Source: Nemertoderma westbladi
Lineage: Eukaryota > Animalia > Xenacoelomorpha
Assembly (NCBI GenBank): GCA_032718475.1
Contig: JAUCBJ010002427.1
Location: forward strand, 1-34,397
Direction of reading: 5' to 3'
Length of the DNA stretch: 34,397 nucleotides
Made by a program: the position numbers and the translations under genes. The notes under the pieces were generated by a model. The model was not told the DNA's origin and searched no databases. It saw only the letters and a list, made by a program, of their open reading frames with translations. Shown here piece by piece: positions 25,801 through 34,397 of the stretch (within the stretch, counting starts at the first letter, position 1; every line of letters starts with the position of its first letter).

Positions 25801-26417
25801 AAACCGCAGCGGTCCGGTGACTAGTACGGACGGATACTACTGGGATAAGCAGGTATTTCGATCGAGTTTCTCGTATTCTCGATGCTCGAGGCGGATAGAG
25901 AGTTGGTTGTGTTGGGCGGTGTTGTTCAATTCTATCAAACATATTAAATAATTGGTAAAATAATAAAAACACACCAGATAAAGATACTGAGCTTATGGTA
26001 AAGAGATAGGCCGAACTTACAATTTCCAAATAGATTGTTCATATAATAAATATATTTTTGGTATTTGATTTCAAGATAGGGGGGGGGGGGGGGGGGGGGA
26101 CTGGACGCAATAAAAATTCATCCCTCTCCAGGGGAAATTGGACGCAAATAACAACAGCTGATTACTCTCAAAAATAAAACTGTAACCTGTTCTATTGTGT
26201 TTACTTTATTGTTTTGGTTAAAATAACGTGCCACTGTAACCTGCTCCTTTCCCAAAATTTAGAAATTAATATTGAGGCGGGATATTAATTCGCCAAGATG
26301 GGATTTGCGTCCAGTCCCACCCCCCTCCTATCTCTTGATTTCACTAAAAAATAGAATACATTGCATTTTACTGTTATAATTACTGTATTGAATAAAATAA
26401 TTAATTGATTGTTTATT

Positions 26418-26735
26418 AAACCGTGCTAAGCACGTTGAACTGGAGCTCTAACAATTCCCCACTAGCGGCAGACAGGAACTGTAAAAGTCTCTGTAGAATT
26501 TCTAATTAAGCAATGCTCTTAGGTAACTACTACTAAATTTCAGATGAATCTGATCGTTGGTTCTATAATTACAGCTATTTTTACGTTTCTGTTAATTCGC
26601 CCCCTAGCGGCAGACCGGGGAACTGTAGAAGTCTGTCTGTGTGTAGAATTTCTAAATTTTTTTAAGACTACAAGTGTACCAAGTTTGGTTCCATTTCATC
26701 CATGATTGACCGACTTATTAGCGTTCAAACATTCC
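26418..26735 (-). mobile_element. Inverted HINE-like element within unit 4 (truncated in units 1-3)
   Basis: Reverse complement matches 691-795, has two internal repeats sharing TAGAAATTCTACA..AGACTT.TACAGTTCC..TCTGCCGCTAG, and ends in the hairpin CGTGCT-A-AGCACG near 26422. Confidence 0.6.
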
Positions 26736-27178
26736 TGCCACGAATAAAAGCTGCAGGAACTCAAGTGATAATTAATTTATTTATTATTAAATACTGTTTC
26801 AATTAAATTCTTTACGAAAATCTAGTCATCTTCTTTTAAATATGGACCCTGCATTCATGGAAAATATAATATTTGATAATTCATCAGTCACCAGTCAGCC
26901 TACGCTAATTTCACAGCAAAGTCCTTGTCATGGCCTGTGTGTAGTAGGCCATGGTACCACCCTACTACCGGTACCGGCTGACCGGTGGCAACTAGCACTT
27001 GCACAGCAACAGCCCTACCGGCGATACACAGGTTGAAATTTATGTAGAGTTTGCTCAACAGTACAGATATAAAATAGTTATCTAAATTATATATATTACT
27101 ATTGACAAGTATTGAAATATATACCGTTATTCGTGTTATCAGTATTTGCAACATCTGACATTGAAGAGGTGAGAGAAG

Positions 27179-27526
27179 ATGAATACCGACACTCAACAAA
27201 ACCAACGCTTATCACAGGTCGGTATGGTTACCTCGAAACCGGCGCGACTGTCCACTCGAATACAACTTCAAAACACAAACGCCAACAATAAACTGAAAGC
27301 GAATCGAACGTCTTCAGAAGAATCTGTCATTGGGACGAAGAAAAGGAAGCCGAAACCACGGGAATGGACCACAGCTAAGATTGAATGCTCCCATTGTCAG
27401 AGTTCCTGGACCGAAATTGAAACACCAATTGCCGATGGGCTTGATCTCTCAAACCAAAACTTCCTCTGCGGGGTTTGCGCGGCAGTAAAGATTGAAAGTC
27501 TGGAAGCTGGCATCCCTAGGTATTAA
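27179..27526 (+). pseudogene. Truncated ORF1-like fragment with a CxxC...CxxC zinc finger
   Basis: Basic stretch KKRKPKPR, CSHC...FLCGVC, then the start of a coiled coil (KIESLE); this layout resembles CR1/L2-type ORF1 N-termini. Confidence 0.45.
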
Positions 27527-29143
27527 TTATTATAAAGAGCGTCAGCCTGCGTTTAATAAATATATTTTAATACAAAACAGGTCGAACGCAATGAGGCTTA
27601 TAATGAAGACGAGTACTGCATTGATTATATTCCTATAAACCAACTGGCTTTGCATATTGAACGTGCGTTTGGAAATAAGTTCGTGCTACCCTTCCGTGGG
27701 TGGTAGATGTCGCGGTTATGTATTGGTGGGTGGGAAGGGAGGGGGGGGGGGGGGTGCAGATTAAAAGGGGTGAACACGTACTGTCCCCCTTTCTTTGATT
27801 AATTGGTGGTGTTGGTTAATCTCTCATAACCTGATTTTGTGATACAGTCGCACAATTTTAATTTGTATCTCATAACTGGGCCTCGTGCTGCGCGAAGGCC
27901 CCACGAACGTGTCCTTGATGTATACGACTGATAATCAGTTTGGATTTAAGACAAAATTAGGTACGGAATTATGTATCTTTACACTTAAGGAGATACTTAA
28001 TTACTATATTTCTAACAATACGCCCATTTACGTATGTATGTTGGATGCCAGTAAAGCATTCGACAAAATAAATCATTTTAAGTTATTTAGTAAACTGATA
28101 TCGCGGGGTTTTCCATTATATGTAGTCCGCATTATTTTATATTGGTATCGAGCTCAGTCGATGCATGTAATCTGGGGTGGTTTTACATCTGCTAAGTTTA
28201 CTGTTACCAATGGTACTAAGCAAGGTGGTATTTTGTCGCCTTTGCTCTACAACATTTATATCGATGATTTAAGCAAGCAAATGTCCAGTGCTGATGTAGG
28301 TTGCGTTATTGATGGAACCAGGATTAATCACCTTGGTTACGCTGATGACTTATGTTTAATTTCAAACTCTATTTTTGGTTTACAGCACTTAATAGATATA
28401 TGTGTTACCTACGCAAAAGGTAATTCTATAACTTTCAATAAAAAGAAAAGTAAGTGTTTATATTTGTATCCTAAGGGGTCGACAATTATTTGTCGCCCTA
28501 GTGTTTATCTTAATGGCTCTCCTATTGAAGTCGTTGAGAAGTTTAATTATCTTGGCCATATTGTACACAGTACTTTAGATGACGACTACGATATCAGGAA
28601 TCAAACTTGTAAGCTTTATTCTAGGGGTAATTTTTTGATTCGCAAATTCGGTTCATGCCCTGTCCCCGTTAAAGTTACTTTATTTCGTGCATATTGTACA
28701 CCGTTATATTGTAATGCTCTTTGGGCCAGACAAAACTATTCTGAGTCTGTTCACAACAAACTCAAAGTAGCTTATAATAATTGTGCAGACGGTTTTTCAA
28801 TATACCCAGAGTTGTTGATGATGAAACTACTAGCATTCGATTAGCTTTAGGGTCCTTAAATGTCCCTCTTTTTATTCATATTCGTTATAGGGCGGTCGCT
28901 GGCCTTTTTTGCCGCATAACCAAACTAGATAACTACGTTCTGCGTGCCATTTGCACCATTGCCAAGGGTTCTAGAATTTGCGCAATGCGTAATACCGAAT
29001 ATCTATGTAGCTAATTACGTTAATTTGTCTAATCATTTTGGTAATTTGTATAATTTAGTGTTATGTTTACATTGGTCATTATTTTGCTCTAACTATTTTA
29101 CTATGGAATTTATTTTCTGAATTAAAGATTATAATAATAACTT

Positions 29144-29277
29144 GTCTTAGGGAGATAGGTGGCGGGTCGTACTACCGGTATATAACTGTCAGTGCCAGTC
29201 AGTATGCTCTATCTGTCAGTGGAAATAATAATTAATTATCATGCAGAGTATTTGCTTTTATATTTATCAACACATCA
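29144..29277 (+). repeat. 3' LTR, right part (LTR positions 87-220)
   Basis: Matches 11400-11533 and is followed by the TSD TCAGT. Confidence 0.95.
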
Positions 29278-29399
29278 TCAGTAAGGTGTATATTTGCCTA
29301 CATTATATTCATTAATAACTAATAAGTTACTTAATGTCCGTTCCATTCATATCACCCCCCCCCCCCCCCCCCCACTCCCCATCCACGTAACACTTGTCA

Positions 29400-30665
29400 C
29401 TTTCGTTTCTCTCATTTCGATCGAAACGACAAACATTTTACTACCGGGGAAGTAGCTAAAACACTTCTTGACCACATGACGGTTTACTGCTACTCCTGCT
29501 ACACAAACATATTCCCGTTTTCTAATACCGACTCTACTGACCCCGACATTGCTGAATTAACGAATAAGGACTGCTCCCAACCTACTAATACTGATCTCCT
29601 CAACCAAGCATTTAGTAACTTAGACCCTGACAATAACCTCATTAATTTGAACATTGACAAAGGTTATTTTACTGAAGACTCGTTTAACAAACACTTTACT
29701 AACATTTCTTTTCTTCGAATAAAAAATCGCTATCTATATTCAACTTAAACTGCAGGAGCATCTCTACCAATATTTCTGCAACTACTGACTTCCTTCACTC
29801 CCTCAACGCATCCTTTGACATTCTAACATTCAACGAAACCTTTTATAAGTAACGATGACCCTATTGACCCCCTAAAATTAGACAAATACGGATACAAGGA
29901 TCCCTTTCTTGACAACCGAAGTATTGGAAAGCTTCACAGATGTGCTTCACGGCTATATATGTTAAGGAATCACTTGATGTAATTGAAAGGAAAGATTTAA
30001 AAATGCCAGGGCTAGAAAACACATCGGTTGAAATTTCTAGACCCCACGCTAAACCCCTTATCTTGGGCACCATCTATAGACCTGACCCAGTTCATACAGA
30101 CACATTTTTTTCTTTTCTAAATTCTACTCTAGCAACTCTTACTAACTTTAAATATGATGTCATAATAACAGGGGACTTTAACATTGACTTATTAAGTCGA
30201 CTAATAATAAAGTAAAACAATATATAGATATAATTAACTCATACGGCTTTATCCAGCTCATCAATCAACCAAGACGTGTTACACCCTGGTCCAAATCACT
30301 AATTGATCACGTCGTTACCAATATTACAACTTCATTCTCATCATCGGGTGTATTCCAATGTATATTTGGTACTTCTGATCATTACGCTACTTTTGCTGTC
30401 TTTCACAAATACTCGTGCCATTTCAACCCTCCGAAAAAATTATCAATATTTGATTATTTAAAATTTAACCAAAGCGAATTATTGAAAGACATTAAATCTC
30501 CTGATTAATGGTCCTATCTTCAAAATACGTTCCTTCAAAAGATTTAACTGACATTTGTTCAAAACATAAACGTAAAAAAGATATACCGTCTAGAAAAATA
30601 CCCCGCAAACCATGGATGTCTACCCAATTAATTAAATCCATACACAATCCGTACAATCCATAAAA
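29400..30665 (+). mobile_element. Decayed CR1/L2-type LINE fragment (APE endonuclease region)
   Basis: Frame-broken motifs CYSC..IFPF, LDPDNN, NLNCRS, NETF, AIYVK, GTIYRP, ITGDFNIDLL, SLIDH, SDH and KPWM; truncated before the RT domain. Confidence 0.85.
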
Positions 30666-30755
30666 ATAAACTCTTTCGCTTAGTCTAAATTCTATTGTTT
30701 TTTGGTACTACTAGTTAGTTAGTTCCTTCGAGTTAACTTTCGTTTATTCGTGCAG

Positions 30756-30989
30756 GACAGATAAACGAAGCTGAAGTGGAATTCCAACGTTTAATGGAAG
30801 AAGGATCAACTCCTAACCCGCCGTTCTCAATTCGTATTCGATTAATGATAGAACGAATAGTGGAACGAGCTGGATTCCTGGGTATACTGGCCTGCGCCTC
30901 CATACCAAATCCATTGTTCGACTTAGCTGGTATTACGTGTGGACACTTTCTCGTCCCGTTTTGGACGTTCTTTGGGGCAACTGTTATTG
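30756..30989 (+). CDS. VMP1: VMP1 coding exon 5 ([10 protein letters not shown]...[40 protein letters not shown])
   Basis: TGCAG| acceptor at 30755 is phase-1 compatible with exon 4; donor TTG|GTAAGA; encodes the conserved [29 protein letters not shown] motif. Confidence 0.96.
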
Positions 30990-32871
30990 GTAAGATCAGC
31001 AGTAATTATTTATTTTTACTCTTATTCTGATGAGATGAATTATCTAATTAACCGCTAGATTGCTTTGCTACAAAAGTTTTATTAGTATAATTGATAATAG
31101 TTTATAATTAATCACTTTATTATTGGACTTGCTATTAATGTGTGAAAATATCTGCTATTATAATATTTCCTTACCTTAGTGATTTGTAGCCCTTGCCACG
31201 GTGCCTTCCGTATTCATGTGGGAGTTCACACTGCCATTCTTGGGCTTAAATTAATTCCAGACAATATAGGAACCGCTTGCCAGGAATTTATTGGTAAAGT
31301 GGGCCAATTTCTGGATACAGTTTTTACTTTCTACTGCCTCATTTTAATTGCCGATGTTCATATTGTCTTTCTATGCATCATATTTAATTAAGTAGCTAAC
31401 CACATAACAGCAGGCTTAAGGTAATACAAAGCCAGGCCCGGACTTTCCCAGGATATGAACTTGTCCACGCACTGATGCGGGGGTATCTCAGTGGAAGGTC
31501 ACTCTCAGGTCACTCATCCTGCATTAATTATTAAATAGCTTAATATTTATATGTGGATCTATTTGAACGTCATCATCGGTGTCGATTGGCCTGTAACATC
31601 AATAACCACATGAGGGATTAATTTACTATATTCACAAGTCACTTCGCAAATGTTTCTATGGTCCTTCGGCGTCTGGTGGTGAAACCATCAACACCCTACG
31701 GAAACAATGTCTGCTACCCCAGGTGTGGTCAATCAGCATAATAATAATGACCGCCTGACATCAACAAACCTTGAATCCATCTTAGCTCCAGGACACCGGC
31801 CTTGAGAATGATAGAGAATTAGAAATTGTAATTTATTACTACTTTGGCAATTCTCAGAACCTTATATTGAAATCACTCATGGGGATATCAATAAAAAATT
31901 TATAGACACACAAATCACAATCATTGAATTTATGACAACTGATAAAACCCGATAAAGTTTAATTGATTTGATTATAATGAAAAGTATATGTTTGTCACGG
32001 TGGCAATGCTATTTTACATTCCATAGTTCTAAAACACCCTTAGCAGAGTAAACTGTTCTATGGGGCCGTTTCCCAGGTTGCGGATCGGTATAACATTTCA
32101 CATATCGCACGATGTGTGATTGTGATATGTCTGCGTACTATTTATATTAGCCGTCCATTAGACGGGAGCCAGTTTGTTTGATTGATGCAGGTCAATATTG
32201 GTTTGCATCTTCCAATACCATCTGTTTCGTAGAGTCTGTGTGATATATGCTCTGTACGGTGCGACGGCGGCGACAGAATCCATGTACTGAGAGGTCAGCC
32301 TCGGGGCCGCTCAGTATACGTGCAGGTTGGGGGTGTCGGCGGTACGGGAGTACACACCACCTTCATGCCATGCCTGGCCCGGGTATGGTTATTACGGTCT
32401 TGGGTCAGAGGATGGGAATACGTTGACAACCACTGTTGCACACACGGATGACTATTGAAACACACTCACACCGATTACACGAGGCATGCACGACTTTGGT
32501 GTGACAGCTGATGGCGCCTGGTAGAAAGGCGAAGGCGGGTTATAAGATTGACTTCTTTAAGAAGTAAATGTTTTCTCCTCCTTGCATTGTTAAATTTCCC
32601 AGTTTTAAGCGATCGGTAATTCTCTAACAGTATTTAGCACTGAGCAATATTTCTTACCAATTCCAGAATATAGTCTTTTTTTACTTGTTTCACAATGAGA
32701 GTGCATGAAGTTGTTATTTATTTGAGTAAGGAGAACATGGTATTTGATTTCATAAAATGTTAATATTTTTATGCTAATACCTTGAAATTATGAAAATTAT
32801 CACTAAAAATTGATTTTTATAAACTTTACTTTACGTCACATTTACTGTTTATCTTTATATTATTCCTGCAG

Positions 32872-33209
32872 GTAAAGCTCTTATCAAGATGCATATCCAG
32901 TTGCTGTTTGTAATAGTAATGTTTAGCGCGCATCACGCGGAACAGTTGGTGGAACTGATCGGTTCCGTCCCGACACTGGGGCCCCTCATAAAGGCCCCGT
33001 TCCTGCAGTACTTCCAGACACAGAAACTCAAACTCCATCGGCCTCCTGGATCGGCCATCGGCCAACCCCCGCCAACTAGCTGGCTATCCTGGCTCTTCGA
33101 ATGGGTTGTCATCGGGTTTATCATATATTTTGTTGTGTCGATAGTTCACTCGTTCGCGCGTAGCTACGCTAGACGCATGGCAGATGCGAACGAAAAGTCC
33201 GTGCAATAA
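32872..33209 (+). CDS. VMP1: VMP1 coding exon 6, terminal (GKALIKMHIQ...WLSWLFEWVVIGFIIYFVVSIVHSFARSYARR...stop)
   Basis: TTCCTGCAG| acceptor at 32871; encodes the conserved GKAxIKMHIQ motif and the C-terminal TM helix; TAA at 33207-33209. Confidence 0.96.
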
Positions 33210-33333
33210 TATACTTGGCTGTATTCAGTTTGGGGTATTGTAAGTTTCAACGAATTTTACGACGTGACGTAACAGATTGCCATTCAGTTAAATAGAGTTG
33301 GGGTTTTGTATTTGACAGGTTGTGGGCAATGAT

Positions 33334-33382
33334 TAGGGGTGTGCCGGATATCCGGCCGGGGCCGGAATTCCGGCCGGATTTC
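33334..33382. mobile_element. Possible terminus of a hAT-like DNA element downstream of VMP1
   Basis: TAGGGGTGTG start followed by the palindromes CCGGATATCCGG and GCCGGAATTCCGGC; no partner end found in the window. Confidence 0.35.
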
Positions 33383-34397
33383 AATTTCAACGAATTGTTA
33401 ACAAAATTTACAATTAATGAAAACATTCTAAAAAAGTAAATTTTATTTTAAATTCAAACAAATTTAAACATAAAAGCAAATACAATGCAATACAATTCAA
33501 TTTTTTTCCTAGTTTCTTTCAATGATATTCATTCATATTATGAATAATGATAAAGTCTAACAAGCAGAGCTCTTTATCCTTTTATGACTATATCTACATG
33601 CTGAGCTGACTGCGACTACTTTTTGCCAAGGATTTTTGTATTTGGTTGGGCTCAGCCTCACTAACACAATACACCATGTCCCGTAATATAGATTTTTCTA
33701 CAGATTTTTCTACAAATCTTTATCATGAACAATTGCACATTAAACTTGAAACACAACTAGTTCCACTCACCGTCGATGACCCCATGAAGCCGGAATTTTC
33801 GATTTCGCCTTTAATTTTTTTCTATAAAGCATTTTAAAAAAGTGTCTTTTGCGAAATCGCACCCTCCGTATCGTGGCCATTCTTCACCTTCAGTCGTAAT
33901 TTTTTCACATCAATAGAAAGCTTGCGTTGAAAGGATTCCAAATATGTAACAATATCTGAATTTCGTTGAGAAACAGCTGAGATATAGGTGTTCAAAGATT
34001 CCAGTGATTATTGTTTACTGCAGGCCATTTATTCTATTTAATAAATACACAAAATTCTAGAATGTGTTATTTATTTTATAAGTGATTAGCTACGCAATAT
34101 CTAGAATGTGCTATTTATTTTATAAGTATATTAAAATTAAACCCACACACAAACAATGAATGCGGATATATTTAATAATATCCAAATTTAAATATAATTG
34201 TAAGCGATTATAAAGACTGTAAAATAACCTAGCCAACCAGGATTTATTTTATAAGTTGGTTGGCAACAGCGGTATTCCTATCCAATATATTTATTGCGTA
34301 GCTATTCAGACTTAAACAAAATGTTCCAGAACATCGTGTAGTTATTAAATAGAATAAATGGCCTGTGGATAATTCTTGGAATCTTTAAACGCCTATA

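Larger units (their letters stand above)
16449..27909 (+). mobile_element. Tandem array of a composite Helentron/HINE-like non-autonomous element: doubled 56-bp head plus 4 units (16561-18972, 18973-21647, 21648-24320, 24321-27909)
   Basis: Head-to-tail units of 2412, 2675, 2673 and 3589 bp; terminal GTGGGGC/GCCCCAC inversion, (CTGTCGTT)n microsatellite, 3' hairpin GGGCCTCG...CGAAGGCCC, insertion at T^T with no clear TSD. The array is certain; the family is inferred. Confidence 0.7.
16198..29139 (+). mobile_element. 5'-truncated non-LTR retrotransposon (RTEX-like LINE); RT in two pieces, 16198-16448 and 27910-29139
   Basis: Left piece GPDGLEAEH...IIPLIKDKTGD...NYRGISIATVLSKLLE; right piece TTDNQFGFK...LDASKAFD...GTKQGGILSP...YADD. 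Frameshift near 28783, (ATA)n tail ending at 29139, short duplication ACTT at both ends. Clade assigned from motifs only. Confidence 0.88.
11314..29277 (+). mobile_element. Ty3/Gypsy (Mag-like) LTR retrotransposon, full length, with nested insertions in its 3' LTR
   Basis: TG...CA LTRs, 5-bp TSD TCAGT (11309-11313 and 29278-29282), PBS TGGCGCAGTAG at 11534, PPT GAGGGGGACG at 16102-16111, domain order gag-PR-RT-RH-INT. Confidence 0.95.

Noticed and set aside
27885-27909. N-terminus of the 319-aa RT ORF as a real start
   Set aside because: These codons come from the inserted element's 3' end; the true upstream RT sequence is 16198-16448.
33210-34397. miR-21-like hairpin downstream of VMP1, as in vertebrates
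   Set aside because: No matching mature sequence seen; the region looks like AT-rich DNA-element debris.

Overview
AT-rich metazoan (invertebrate-type) genomic DNA carrying one complete + strand host gene, VMP1/TMEM49 (vacuole membrane protein 1). I reconstruct six coding exons (130-302, 2872-3022, 3186-3512, 3855-3942, 30756-30989, 32872-33209; 1311 nt, 436 aa, all GT-AG and phase-compatible). Two of its splice sites are themselves tandemly amplified: a 29-bp x ~43 array made of the exon-2 acceptor and a 47-bp x ~6.5 array made of the exon-4 end plus donor. In both, only the exon-adjacent copy keeps the protein intact. Intron 4 (26.8 kb) holds a 53-bp satellite (~6.3 kb, with a ~1.9-kb higher-order duplication) and a nested stack of elements. 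A Gypsy (Mag-like) LTR retrotransposon has 220-bp LTRs with no mismatch I could find and a TCAGT target duplication. Its 3' LTR is split by an RTEX-like LINE, whose RT frame is split by a four-copy tandem array of a Helentron/HINE-like composite element carrying captured cargo. A decayed CR1/L2-type endonuclease region follows. All family assignments come from reading motifs, not from database searches.
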